NCBI GenBank assembly: GCA_000165425.1
Contig: CT868330.1
Coordinates: forward strand, 62,001 to 126,000
Direction of reading: 5' to 3'
Length of the DNA stretch: 64,000 nucleotides
From: Paramecium tetraurelia
Taxonomy: Eukaryota
The notes below the pieces were generated by a model. That model was not told where the DNA came from. It worked only from the letters and a program-made list of their open reading frames with translations, and made no database searches. A program made the translations under genes and the position numbers. Position 1 is the first letter of the stretch. Every line of letters begins with the position of its first letter. Shown one piece after another: positions 40,996-54,958 of the stretch.

Positions 40996-42343
40996 ATGAT
41001 CAGAACCAACTCAACCCAAAAAACAAAATAAGTTGTGCTTTCGAATGGATAAGTGTAATCGCTGAGTCCCTTTAATAGTGCAATAAGGATGAGCAATCAT
41101 TATTAAGATGCTCCAAGCACGCCTTAAAGATAGATAGTTTCTCAGAATGCCTTAAGATTGATAGTTAATAATCATCAAGCTGAAGTGAGATAATCAAATG
41201 CATTCACCCCAAATGGTAAACAATAATAAGCAGGCAAATGCTTTTAAGAAAATAGATCAGTTATAGTTCAAGATAATACACGAATGCAATAGTTAATGAA
41301 TGATAACATGTACTTATCCCAAGCACTAGAACAAACAAAAAATGAATTAAAGCAGTATCAACAATCTACGCATGAAAGTCAATAATTAGATTTCATAAAG
41401 GTTAAAATTGAGAGTCTAGAAAAAGTTATTGACGATTAAGCTTTGGAAATTGAATAATGGAAATAGAAATATCAAAATATTTGCACATAAGATCCTTAAG
41501 ATTCGATGTTGTAGATGGAATCTTAAATCATGTTGGTAATTCAAGAAAATGAAAGATTGAACATTTTGGTGAAAAATATACAGGATTCTACAGATAAAAA
41601 GGATTAATTAATTTAATAATAGGATCAAGAAATTAAAAAGCTTAAAGAAAAAGTCAAAATATCAGATAAAACAATATAGAGTCAAAAAGAAGGTATATTA
41701 AAGTAATTATTTTATCTAGAAATTAAACAATGGCATGAGAATTTCACAGAGTTTGAAAAGAATTCTAAGTAGCAAGTGAGTCATGAATCTGAATTATTGA
41801 AGAGCAAGATGAAAATATAAGAACTAGAGTTTTAGCTTCATAAAAAGAAGGTTAGTGATAATAATAATGGGTAAAAGTTGAGTTAAAGGAAAATCGAGGA
41901 AAATCCAGAGTTAGAACTTAAATTAAGGTAATTACTTGAAGAGAATAATAAATTAACTCTGTTGATTGAAACTTTGCAATCTGAAAATTCTAAATTAAAA
42001 TCTACAAAGCAGAGTAGATCAACTAGTTAATTTTAATCCACCAACCATTTATCTTAGGGAATTCTCGAATAAATTAAATAAGTACTTTGATATATAATTG
42101 GCTTAGGAATTATTTAATCAATAATTATTTAGTACTGAGGAGTTTAAAAAATTGAAAGTAATTTATCAGCAGAATGAAACTTTAAGAAATTAGTTAGACA
42201 ATGCTAATGAATAAATTTCAATTCTGAAAAAAACTCTGTAATATTATGAAGAAACACAAAATGTACCTTCGGATTAGCTCTTTGAAGAATTTTTATAAAG
42301 CTAAAGTCATTGTCTAAATATGATATAACAATTATAATAATGA
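40996..42343 (+). CDS. Coiled-coil hypothetical protein
   Basis: MIRTNSTQKTKQ..., EIEQWKQKY, VIQENERLN, LEENNKL; two tiny introns; TGA 42341-42343. Confidence 0.75.
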
Positions 42344-42430
42344 TTTGATTTAATTTTAACTCCATTATAATTATACAATTTAAAAGGCAGAATTTGTGTA
42401 TTATAATATAATTTTATATAAAGAATCCAT

Positions 42431-42778
42431 ATGAATTAAAAGGAAGAGAGAATACTTGAATATCTTGATAACTTAAAACTACAAATGACGGATCCTACTC
42501 AAAAGTAGTAGGATTTTTATGAATCAAAAAAGCACAAAATTCTTAATTTAGAACATAAGCACTGCGACAGCGATCCTTCCTCTCCTTTTTCACTTAGAGA
42601 GGCACTAAGCCCAATATCTCTATTTCACACGCATAGTGTTAAATTATGTGATATTAATAATGATAATACTAATAGTGATAATCATCACCATCATAACCAA
42701 CAGATTCATCATGCTTCTCATTCATTCAAATTGCATCTGAACATACATGCATTCACTGGTAAGAAAGTAGAAATTTGA
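42431..42778 (+). CDS. Small His-rich hypothetical protein
   Basis: MNQKEERILEYLDNLKL...DNHHHHNQQIHHASH...VEI*. The 3' end is uncertain. Confidence 0.55.
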
Positions 42779-43190
42779 TTTCGAAATCAAAAGGAAATTA
42801 GCATTGAATAAATTATTTTGTATATATCTTAGATAAATCAATATCTTCTCTTGGATCCAAATGATTCTGAGTATCAAAAGAGGAACAAAGGGTTTCTTAT
42901 AGTTTCTTATAATTAAACTTAAACTAAAATAAAAAAAATTCATTTAATTATATACTTTATTAAAGTGAAATGATTAACTTATTTAGTAAAAACGATCAAA
43001 AATAATACATTTAATAATAATAGTGCAATAGGTTTATTGCTTACTTTCTAATTAAATATATTTATAGTGATTATAAATGATACTCTATATCCTTTGATGA
43101 TATGACATTTATTTAAAAAAAAGTTATTTATTAATATAAAAATTAATAATTATTATAACCAATATATTTTAAGTAAAATTATTAAAATAT

Positions 43191-43807
43191 ATGTGGGAAT
43201 ATGCAGTTGTTGGAACTTGCTTTTTGATACTACTCGTCATCAAATTTTATTTATTTAAAGTAGGTGATAACTCGATTATTATAGGTTTCCTATGATAAGA
43301 AAATGAAATATTACAGTGATCCTGATGAAATGGCGATTGAATTTTCTTCAAACATGCAAAAATAGAATTCAATTGAGTAAATTACATAAACCCTAAATAA
43401 TATTCACTTATTAGCTTAGAGGAATGTGTAAATTATAGTTGATTAATGTAATTTTATGGGCACAACAAATAGTTTAATTGGGCTAGACTGATAATACTTT
43501 GACAACAATCTCAGAGAGATTACGAAATACATCTATCATAGTAGCACTTTTGAAACTTAAATTTCCAAAAGATAAGCAATAAAAATTCAAACTTCTCGGA
43601 TAAACACTATACGAAGTAAATTTTATCTCTAATTAGAATTTTACTATCTTCAAGAAGTTGATTTAATGGTGTGAATAAAATGATGAAACATAGAAAAAGT
43701 AAAAAGGAAAGAAGACCACTTAATTGGACATTCATCTAATTAATACAATAAGAGCATATTCAGAGTATATTAACAATGAACTTGGAAGTTACTTTAAACC
43801 AAAGTGA
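43191..43807 (+). CDS. Hypothetical protein with N-terminal membrane anchor (181 aa)
   Basis: MWEYAVVGTCFLILLVIKFYLFK. Removing three introns (25, 25, 21 nt) gives 182 codons. Confidence 0.72.
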
Positions 43808-43858
43808 GTGTTATAATTGTAAATTTAATAATCAAAAATTTATGTTTGTTTGCTTCTA

Positions 43859-44969
43859 TCAAAATACTTTATGATTCAGAGGTCTAAAGTCGACAAATTT
43901 CTTCTATAAGTCAGTGTTATCAAATTATTATTTATTTCTAAATGATCAAAATTATTTTACCCAAGATTGATGTTGTTTTAATCATTTCTTTTTTGATTGG
44001 CATTATTGTTTATCAAAAGATTCTTGAGACAGGCTATTGATTCTTCATTTCTTCTTGTGATTTGTTCAAGTTGTTCTATTTTCTCTAATTGTTTAGAATC
44101 ATACTAATTGTAAATAGAGATTGAAATACTTCTTATTACTATTTGTTATCATTTATAAACTCTTTTAGTTGATCTTGAATATTTCTATTGGTTTCATCGA
44201 GATGATCCTGCCTTTATCTAATGGTGCTAATTTCTTGTTCAATTTTTTTCATTTTGAGTTCAAGATTTCTATAAGAATCACAGACTTCAAAATTAGAGTT
44301 CTTTTGGTCTTATCTAATAAGGTTATTGAAAGTAGAAATGGAACAGTTGCTTTTAAGATAATCAGTCCCTGACATTTCATTTGGCGTAGAGTCATTCTGC
44401 TATTTTTGATTTGTGGGTTTATTACTATAAGAAGGACCTCTTTTTCTGTCGGGAGTAACATTTTATTTAAGTGTTTATCCTTGTTACTGTTGTAGATAGT
44501 TAGATCCTTATTTTTTCAAGAGTTCTTAGGTAAAACTCATCTAAGTTTGAGTTGAACATTTTTTGTTTATGACTTCATTAATTGAAGTGAATGGTTTTTT
44601 TGATAGAGACTCTTTATTATTCGATCCAGACTTGACTATTTATTGGATTTGGTTTATGAGAGCAGAACAAGAGGAGAGGTTTTTAAAATTTTCTTTGTCT
44701 TATTGTTGATTGGGTTTCAGATTGGATAAATTTACATCTTTGATCAATTAGGAATGTTGTTTAGATGATTCATTGGTTTGTTCAACTGATGAAATGAGAT
44801 CGTTCTATTCAGGAATTTGAAACAGAGTTGATCCTAGATTGATTCTTTTGGGATCAAGTTTCTATTGTTAATATTCATCTTCAACTAAACCAGCAATTCT
44901 AGCACAAATTATTTGTTGGATATCATTATTAGATTAAGTTCTTCTATGAGTTGTATTATTATGGTTCAT
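43859..44969 (-). CDS. Hypothetical low-complexity/coiled-coil protein
   Basis: MNHNNTTHRRTQSNNDIQQII...FVDFRPLNHKVF*. At least one intron is implied but was not located. Confidence 0.65.
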
Positions 44970-45201
44970 TCAAATTTAAAATGTATTAATAATCATAAAA
45001 TTTATACTTACCAATATTCATAAACGTTGAAAAAGTATATTGTTAAAATTATGAATCTTAAATTGATCCTATAGTGACAATTGTTTTATAATTAAATTTT
45101 GGTTCTATATCTCAATAGCTACTGCAGACTATCTCATGAATAGAATATCGTAAAGATGTTAAAACAAAGAGATTTAAATTAATAAATATTTATGACTTAT
45201 T

Positions 45202-45657
45202 TCAGATTGCTTGATGTTTTTGGCATATTTATATCTAATCCTCATGATTTGCGCATATTTTTTAATTCTATTTTTTTCCGTTTTAACATTTTTTGCAATG
45301 ACATTAATCCCCACATGATCTACCTTTGATAAAACATTCGCAATAGTTGAGTTAGCATTTACTTTTTTTGCAACAACAGCCTGAACCCTTATCACCTGAA
45401 AATTTTAACTTAGATTCATCCTTATACTTATGAATAATCTTAACAATAGCCTTATTTCTTTCAAAATTATCGGTTAAACTATTTTTACAACCACTACAAC
45501 TACATTATTCCCCACAACATTTGCCTTCATGAAAACATTAGCAATACAATTTTAGACATTTCGTTTTTTAACATTAACATCCTTCTTTAGTCTCCTCACT
45601 ATTCATTGCATATGAATGTTACTATGGAGGCACAACAAACATGACTTTTTTTTTCAT
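45202..45657 (-). CDS. Tesmin/TSO1-like CXC (CRC) domain protein (151 aa)
   Basis: [34 protein letters not shown] and GCCCKKSKCQLNYCECFIKGRSCGDQCHCKKCQN. Confidence 0.93.
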
Positions 45658-45715
45658 GACGGATGTAATTAGATATAAATTACTAAAAAAGTTGATTTTT
45701 TTATTTAAAAATAAA

Positions 45716-46333
45716 ATGAGAAGGTATGTACCGGTGTAAAGTGCAGATGAAGATTCTACTATATAACCTAAAGCTGTCAAGCAGTTAGATATCTATGATA
45801 AAATCGAGTAATGGGGAGAGTGGCTATGGGTTAAAGCCTAAGCTGTGATGTGGATTTCAGCGGCGATTGGAATAGTATATTATTCAAACTTTTTTAAATA
45901 ATTGTTTCACAATGAAAATATCAATGAGTAATCAACAACAATCAAATTAGATTATTTCTCACAATTGCATTATTATTTATTGGCATGAGCATAAGTTTAT
46001 CATTATATGTTGCATTTTATGTGCCTTTCATAAAAGGAGTGACCGAGGATATCGAAATCTATAACCCAAAGGCTATACAATTAGGTGCCTTTGCTGGATT
46101 TATGAGTTTCTTAACGTATATATATGTTGTTTATGCTTATTAGTCTAACAATTGCTATTTGGCCTGTGTTTGGATGGTGGAGTTTCCCTATGTTATTTGC
46201 TATGTTCTTGGGCTTCATAAGCACAGGACACTTCTTGCCAAATCATTAGCTAAGTGGTCTCCTTTTTGGAGCAATTTTTATTGGAGCCTTCTTCTCACAT
46301 TATTTTATTGATCATGATGGTTATATGCATTGA
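45716..46333 (+). CDS. TMEM128-like membrane protein
   Basis: AVMWISAAIGIVYYSNFF, SLYVAFYVP, YNPKAI, IAIWPVFGWWSFPMLFAMFLG; two introns. Confidence 0.7.
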
Positions 46334-46359
46334 GTATAATTTTAAATATATAATCAAAA

Positions 46360-48033
46360 TCACAATAGTGTACTTTGATAAGTTTTAATTAGTTGTTGGA
46401 CAAATTAAATTTATTTATCTGTTATTTCTTGATTTTCTAGGTTGTTTTCCAAAAAAGATAGAAATTTCAATATTTTTTATACTTTTCTCCTTTATTACCA
46501 TCTTTTAACAGGGTATTTGAATTACTCAATCAATAAACATAGTAGCGATTTATTTGGATTAATTGATCTATGGATTAATTGATTAAATGAAATCTGTAGT
46601 TTTTCAATTAATGTATTGGATTTAGATCTTTTAAATAATAGCAATTGGGGTTTGTTTTATAATTTATGTTACATGGAAAAGTTTTCCTTGAATACATATT
46701 AAGATGTTTAATTTATAATTTTGATAATTGGGTTAAATAGGATGATTATGATGATGCTTGTAATGAGAGCAGAGGAAAACATGTATCCGAAGGAACCAAG
46801 TATTGTTCCTAAAAATATTTATGATATCCCACTTTCAAAGTTATCAAACATCTACTAAAGCAATTTCTAATATTGAGATAATTTGCACTAACTAATTTAA
46901 AATCATAAATTAATTTACATTATTAAAACCAAGCCTTCGTTATCCATTATTTTTGTGTCAATTAATTCTTCCTCAGTAGAATTGTGGATCTTCCTACACA
47001 AATAGCCAAAATCTTTCCACCTCTATGAATCACAATCACTTTTGGTTTATCTTTTATTAGCTTAATTTATTATTTATTAATAATCTTTATAATCTAATTG
47101 AGTTAATTTATAATCATAAATGTAAGAGGCTTCTGAAATATTTAATTAACTGAGAAGAATCCTTCCATCAGGATTCATAATTGTAAAACTTATTCCATCA
47201 TCCTAATATTTAAATTAACTAAAATTCACATGAGATGCTATAACTCCATCCAATGATCCATTAATATCCAATAAGCTTGCAGTCTAAGCAATCATCAATA
47301 CTTTCCATGTCCAATGAATATGAGGTTCACAAAAATAAGTTTGGCTTTTATTATTTTTGGACACTTATTCCAAATGGTTAGTGTACCAAATTCGTTTTTA
47401 AGGATTGTAATCTTGGGCCAGATAGAAGCCTGGCCAAGCCGCAAAGAAATGAACATCATTTGTAGAAGCAAATATGACATCAAAGTCATGATCAATCATT
47501 TAGACAGTTTCAGTTAAAATACCGCAAAGATCTTTAAGTTTTTTGTACATCTCTCCATTTTCATCACTACCATATGCTAAATAACAAAATGATGCGCTAT
47601 AGGCATACTTATCCTAATGTATTAAATCATTTAAACATGGATAAGGTTTTGAAACATTAGGTTATTATAATTACTGGGATAGTTGATATAATTTATTTAC
47701 TCTTTATATTTGGTTTTAACTTCTGAATAAGGTTTGTTGAACTCTTTGAATTTGATGATACATGATAATCTTCGTCCATTTACCAAATTAATTTTAAAAG
47801 GCTTGTTGTGATGATTACATTTAAGTGTCTGAGATATAAAAAAGAATCAACAATGTGGAGAGAATAATCAATATGATTGCTATTATTGTAATGATGAATT
47901 GGATCATGCATACTTGTGTACGTAGTTACCAATTCCTCCAAAACCTGGACTTTTTTGTATTAAAAATCATTATTTTTATATATGTTATCATGATATCACT
48001 ATTAAAACGATTGATATTCATAAACTGATTCAT
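46360..48033 (-). CDS. Two-TM protein with extracellular Cache-like sensor domain (557 aa)
   Basis: WRNWQLRTQV then a TM; YNPQKRIWY, EPHIHWTW, SLLDINGSLDGVIASHV, FTIMNPDGRIL; second TM near 46750-46830; intronless, 558 codons. Confidence 0.65.
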
Positions 48034-48200
48034 TATTTAATTTATTTGTATGTATAAAAATATATTAATAAATGAATAACATGTATTTTTTTGAAGTAAT
48101 GCCATTGAAGCAATTTTATAATAATTATTGTGATTACACTCTTAAATATATAAATAATTATTCCAATATTTATAATAAGGAAAGTCGGATACAATTTAAC

Positions 48201-50316
48201 TCAATTTTCAAAAAAAGTCCAGTCATTTAATTTATTTCTCTTACTGTCTTTACTAAAAGTAACTTTTCTAGCTGCCTTTGGTTCATGACATATAAGAGGT
48301 TTAGGTGGTTATAATTTTTTATTATAACAATCTTGCCAATTGATATCATTAAACCAGGGATGGCTTTTAATTTCCTTAGCATCTTCTTTACATCCTAATC
48401 TTCTTTTAGGATCTCTAATCAATAATTAAATAATTATATCCTTAGCCTCTTGACTAAGATGTCTTGGTATTTTGAGAGGAGCCCTCTTAATATTCTCTTT
48501 TAGAATCTCCTTCTCTGCATCATAATAAGGAGGAGCACCTACCAATAATTCATAAATGAATATTCCCAACATATACCAATCCACCTAACGTCCATGTCCT
48601 TTCTTCATTAGCATTTCAGGTGCCAAATAGGCCAAAGTCCCGCAGAATGATTAATTTAGCATCTCTTCATCAATACCTTATTTCGACAATCCAAAATCAG
48701 TTAACTGAGCATGTCCATCTTTGTCTAATACAACATTTTCAGGTTTGAGATCTCTGAAAATTATTCCCTATTAATGTAATGCTTCCAAAGCTAACGTAAT
48801 CTCTGCTGCATATATTTTGACTATATGTTCTGGAAATTGGTTAACTAATTCTAAATGGGTTGCCAAATCTCCACCAGGACACAAATCCATAACAAGATAC
48901 AAATGATCTAAAGTTTAGAATGCGTAATTTAATTTAACTATAAATGGGTGATTCATAATCTTTAGAACATCCTTTTCAATTTAAGCTGACTTAATAATAT
49001 TTGAAGTGTCTATATCTTCCTTCTACAAAATCTTCATGGCATAGTACTTTTTAGGCTCCTATCCAATTTTTTCAACCAGATAAACTTAACCAAACCCTCC
49101 TTCTCCCAATTTTTAATAAAATTGAAAAGATTCTGGGCCAATCTTATTGTTTTGAGATTCTGAATTCGTAGTTTGAGTATTGCCTTTAATTGAGATTCGA
49201 GAAAATGATATGGCAAAATCCATTATCTTACCCCAAGTAGATCTAGTTTAATTAATGTCAAGAGCGGTGAGAGATTGCCTTTATTATTATTCATTATTTA
49301 TCAATTCCTTTTTTATGTCCTGTTCAATTACACTCCCTTTAGCTTATTATTAAGTTAACTTTAATATCTTTTGGACATGATCCCTTCGACTGTTAGGCAA
49401 AACTAAATTTTATTCCTTCACAACAGTTCGAGTATAAGTAAAATTATTAAGCGAGATTCCGTATTTATTAAAGACTTCAATGATTTTGATATCCGATGCC
49501 ATTTCTACAGGAGTCAAATGTTGATAATTCTTCAGATTGTGATTTGCATTCTTCTCTATTAATATTGCACAAACCTCGTCGTTTCCATGTAATGAAGCAA
49601 TGTGTAAAGGTGTATTTTAATCTGAATCCTAAGCCTCGATGTCAGCACCGTAGTTTATTAACATTTCGCAGATTCTCGAATTATTCTTCATAGCTGCAAT
49701 ATGCAAAGGCGACTTCCTATCTAAAGAGAATAACTTGGGATTTGCTTATTGCAATAATAAGAGATGAACAATCTCAGTGTTATTTTATTGACATGCAAAA
49801 TGAAGGGGAGTCCAATCATCTAAATCTCTATCAAATTAACACAACCAATACCTAATATTGATGTCTATATAGAATTAAGGGTGGGCTAGTAGTTCATATA
49901 TTTTAGTAATCTCATTCGATTGGACCAATTATAACAAAGATTCACTAATCTCTCTGCTAAGCTTCCAGTAATTCTTCCAAGCCACCTCCTTCATATCTGA
50001 TTTTGGAATCGTGTAGTGGTCTAACTTCCTACAATCAATCATCAATCCTGTGTCTCGATTTAAAATGTAAAACTCCTTTTCATCTTCTGGGATAACCTGA
50101 AGTTCATCATCTTAATTTTTCTAATAGATCTTCTAAAATGCTTCGTAACATTCCTCAGAATATCTATCTATATGAATTGGAACTTACTATTGAGAGATGG
50201 GAATGGCGAATTCGTTTTATTCGTATAAATCAAATTGTTCTAAGGACTTTGACACAAAATCGAACCTTTTCAAAAGTTACTTTAGCTTTATAAAACATAT
50301 ATACATCTCTAGACAT
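48201..50316 (-). CDS. Ankyrin-repeat AGC-family protein kinase
   Basis: Ankyrin motifs [25 protein letters not shown]; kinase [41 protein letters not shown]-terminal hydrophobic motif NDWTF. Confidence 0.92.
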
Positions 50317-50792
50317 TTTTAAAATAATTTAGGCTGATTAATTATTATAATGAGTCATCATTTTATAATCAGTTCTTTATATAGCATATCAATTAATTGT
50401 ATTACTCAGTAGAAATCAACATGAATAATTAATTTTAAATTCTTCATTCTTTTCAACTCTCTTGATTATTCTGAATTATTATTAATAGAATTACAAAAGA
50501 CTAGATAATCAATAAATTCATTGAATATATAAATACGAATGAGCCTGTTAATGTATATATTTAAAGTAATAGAAGAATTTTGATAACTTGAAATAATTTA
50601 AGTAGAGGATCAAATTAAAAGATTAAAGAAAAATAATAATTTAAGGATTTTATTTTATAATAAAATCAAGAATTACAATTTTTAAATCGATTAGCTAGTA
50701 AGAATAACAATAAAAAACAGTAATTATAAATTTTTAAGAGAATTAGAAAAATTTAGAAAACAATAATGGAATATGAATATTTTAAAATCATT

Positions 50793-53700
50793 TCATCTAT
50801 TTTAATTAACGTTTTCATTGTTTTCAACAGAAGAATTTATTTTCATCTGCACTAATTCTGGCTAAATCTAAACAGTTTTGGTTGTGTCAAATGTCTTGTA
50901 GATACCAATCTTTACAATTAATATAAAATATATACCAATTTATTAGCTAATTCAAACATGTTGTTACGCAAACTGATCACAATAAATTAAGCATTTTTGG
51001 TTCTCTCTTTGATAAAGTTTGCAACGATTGACACATTCTTATAATCCAGTGCTGCATCAACTTCATCGAAGAAATACAAAGGAGTAGGTTTGTAATAATG
51101 CAATGCAAATATTAATGATAATGAGGAGAGTGTCTTCTCTCCTCCTGATAACTTAGACATTTGCTTCCAAGATTTATTCTTAGGTCTGACACTGAAACTA
51201 ATTCCTTCACTAAATGGATCCATGGTGTCTACTAGTTCTAATTCAGCATCTCCTCCATTTGTCAATGTTTGATATGTCTCTCTCAATTTTGATCCTATGA
51301 CATTGAATCCATGCATAAATAGATCATATCTCTCTTTTTTTAGTTGATCGATCTTTTATTTCTATTATTGAAGTTATTGTTTTGTCTAATCAAAGTCACT
51401 CTTTTTAGCCTTGTATTCCAAATACTTAATCTTGAATTCTTGGATATCTTTGATGTTAGCATCTTTTGTGATTTCTCTAATTTAGGCTTGGATATGTGCA
51501 TGAACTCTTCCAATTTCTTTCTCAATTGGACAGAATTAAATGGTTTATTCTTCCGTAAGTTCCTATGTAACAGCTATCTCTAGAATTGCCTTTAAGTCGA
51601 TTGCCAACGTTGCTCCTCTCTTTCGACCATCGTCAAATGATTCATCTCCTTAGTCAATAAACTAGAATAGAAATAAATAATACGCTGATATTTAACATTG
51701 ATTAATTCTAATTTGCAGTGGTCAAAGGATATTGCTATTAATGTTATTAATCTTAGAGTTTCCAATTAGCTATCTCTTCTAGTTCATTCAAAAATTCATA
51801 ATCGTTTTACATTTCTTTATAGTTCAATCTAATTTATTCTAATTTGGTTACTCCTTCACTCAATTCTTCTTAGGCTTTCTTAAATAGTGACTAACATTCC
51901 TCCTTTTCCTACTTTAATTTATTAGTCTTCTCTTTCAACCGAGAAATCAATTCATCAAATTCTTTATCCTTTGCTTGAGTCTCCTTGTATTCTTTTTCTG
52001 CATTTTCTTCAGCCTCCTTTGCAATTTTATACAAGGCGATAGTTTCGATCATTTAGACTTCAGCTTTTTTAAATTCTTAATTCATTTATTCAATTTTAGA
52101 TTGTATTTTTTGTAAGTCATCTTTAATCTTCACTTCATCCTTATCCAATGTCTTTTATTTTTTATCAAGAACAACCAATCTTGTTTGCATCTTTTTGAAT
52201 TCTGCATCATCCTTATCAAATTTGGTTGTTAATTATTGCAATTTCTCCTTATTTTGCTTTAATTCCTTATTTTCAGATTCAGTAATCTCCTATTCAATTT
52301 ATTCTAATTATTTCTTTTCTTTAGATATCTTTTTATCAATACTATCAATATTGGCTTAATGACTCAAAATTTACTTCTCGTATTCCTTCCTTTACTTTTC
52401 AATGTCAGCCTTTTCTTATTCCAAATTCTTGACCTTCTCCAACTTCTATTACAAGTCCAATTTCAAATCCTACTAATTCTTCAAGTCCTAAGTAGCCGAT
52501 ATTAATTTCTCTTATATTATTTTACCATCCTTAATTAATGTTTGCAATTCGTGATCAACCTTAATTAATTATTGTTCAATTTATTATCTATTCTATTAAT
52601 ATTGCTTTAGCATAGCTTCCAATTAGTTCTAATTATTTTTATTTGCATTCAGATCTTACTTGGAATTAGTACCACTCAATGCTCCTCTCCTTTACTATCC
52701 ACCACCACTCATCACACCATTGGCTTCAATTAACTTTCCATCTAAAGTCACAAATCTGTTTGGATTCTTCTATTCAAACTTCAACTTTCTTGCTAAGTCA
52801 ATGTTATCACAGACAAGAGTCTAACCCACAATTTTAAATATGACACCCGAATACTCCTATTTCTTAACTTGTATTAAATCAAATAGTCTTTCAGTGTGAT
52901 TAGGATTATGTCCTCTCTTTTACATCATGTCTTGAGTTATCATTTTATTTACAACATCCAAAGACACAAAAGTATATCTTCCAATCCTATTTGATTTTAA
53001 GAAATTAACACATGCTTCAGCAGATTGCTAATTTTCTACCAAAATTGAGTCAAATCCTTTTCCACAGGCTGTAGAGATGGCAATGTCATATTTGGGATCA
53101 ATGTATGCCAAATCTCCAATCCTACCAATCACTCCTTTTAATTGACCTTGTTATGCAGCTGCCATAATTGCTCTAATAGTTGCATTCTGTTCATTGTATT
53201 GATTCTATTGAATTGAGAATCCATCTATCTACTATTGAACTTCTTATAATTAGTCCTCATTCTATTTTAATTCCTTTTTCAATTGATTCTATTTCTCAAC
53301 TTGCAACTTCTCTCTGTTCTTAATTTCATCAATTGTTTAATTTAGAGTTTTAACTATTTCCTAAAGTTACCCTATATTATTGTTGCATTCACTTATACTA
53401 TTTTGGATTCCCTTGCCTCCATCAGTGTCAGGTAACTTTAATTAATTCAATTTGTTTTTGGTGATTTCTTGATCTTTAGCATACTGATTTCTCTATAATT
53501 GAGGTTCAGATATTATGTTCTATAAACTTGATTTCTTCTCCACTAATTTCCTCACTTACTATTAATGTTGCTAATTCATTTTCTAAACAACCTCTTCCAA
53601 CTCTTCCTTCTCTTGTCTCAAAGTCTTAATAGATTTTTCATATGCTGGTATTTCTTTTTTCAAATCTTCAACTTCATCAATGCATTTATTCCTCTCCTAA

Positions 53701-54728
53701 ATGAGTTCATCTAGTTTCTTTTAAAACCTGTTTTGTTATGATGTCAGATTGTTCACTTCATCTCTATTCTGAGTGTCTTTAGCCTACAATTCTTCAATTT
53801 AAACTTTGATTGATTGTCTCTTCTATTTGGCCTTTTGAAATTTATCAGAGGCTGTTTTCATTAATTTCACCGTATCAGAATGATCTTTCATTTTCTCTTT
53901 GGATTCTAAGGCTGTAATTTTTAGATTCTCATCAATCTAAGTGAGATTCTCTTTGCATTTAGTAATTTAAGTTTACACTTTGTAATTGGCAATTTATTAT
54001 TAAACATTTTACAATTACGAATTCTTTATTTCATTTCTCACTAATTCTACAGCCTTGTCTTTCCCTGGCTCCAATTTTTCAAGATCCATCTCCACCACTC
54101 TCATCATTTCACCCTTCTCTCTTCTCTACACATCCAATTGCAAATATTCCTCAGTCATCTTATCGATCTACTCCTAGTATTGATTGCTTCCTATGATGTC
54201 TTCCAAATATTCAAGCAATCCTGGCTTCTCTGGATCACCTGATTTTGGTTTCATCAATGAAATCTATTCAACCTCTCCCTATAAAATGAGAAATCTATTG
54301 TTTGTAAGATCTATTCCCTTTGATTTTAATAAAGTGGTGACTTCTTCTAAAGTAGCGTGTTTATTATTAATATCGTAATTCGATTGTCCAGTATGGTGAA
54401 CTGTACGCTTCACACTGAAATAGTTTCTATTATTCCCGCTCTATTCAATAAATTAAACTTCAACAGAGGCTTTCTTCACATCTCGATGCTCAGCCGAATT
54501 ATGTATCAATTAATGAATTTTCTACAGACGCATCCATGAAGCCTTTTTACCAAAGACAAAGAGCAATGATTCAATTAGGTTTGACTTTCCTGAACCATTT
54601 GGCCCAACTATGCTCGTGAATTAATGATGAAATGGACCGATCTCTAAATGTCCATAATAACTCTTAAAATTATCCAATATTATTCTGTTAATGATCAACT
54701 GTGATGGCTCTTCACTTTCAGTCTGCAT
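50793..54728 (-). CDS. SMC4: Structural maintenance of chromosomes protein 4 (condensin)
   Basis: NFKSYYG, Walker A VGPNGSGKSN, NRFLILQGEVEQISLMKPK, hinge GRIGDLA..D..YDIAISTAC, GGDAELELVD, LSGGEKTLSSLSLIFALH.YKPTPLYFFDEVDAALD. Confidence 0.97.
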
Positions 54729-54958
54729 TTTATGTAAATATATTTAATATTTTTAAATTAACTTTTGGAGCTAAAATTTGAATAACTTGTGTTATTCGCA
54801 ACTTAAATGTTTTCCCATTTTAGTCTACACACATACAACCTTACTCAGTTTTATTGGATACTGATACATCTACACACCTCAAATTCGATAATTTTAGATC
54901 CTCATTCAAAATAAGTTCATAATTTAAAAAACCATATATTATATAAATAATTCCATTT

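Noticed and set aside
43378..43415. 38-nt intron candidate
   Set aside because: The frame reads through it, and a model with 25/25/21-nt introns gives a complete ORF.
51563..51589. Possible GC-AG intron in SMC4
   Set aside because: The frame is open through it and only the GT-AG intron at 51662-51683 is needed.
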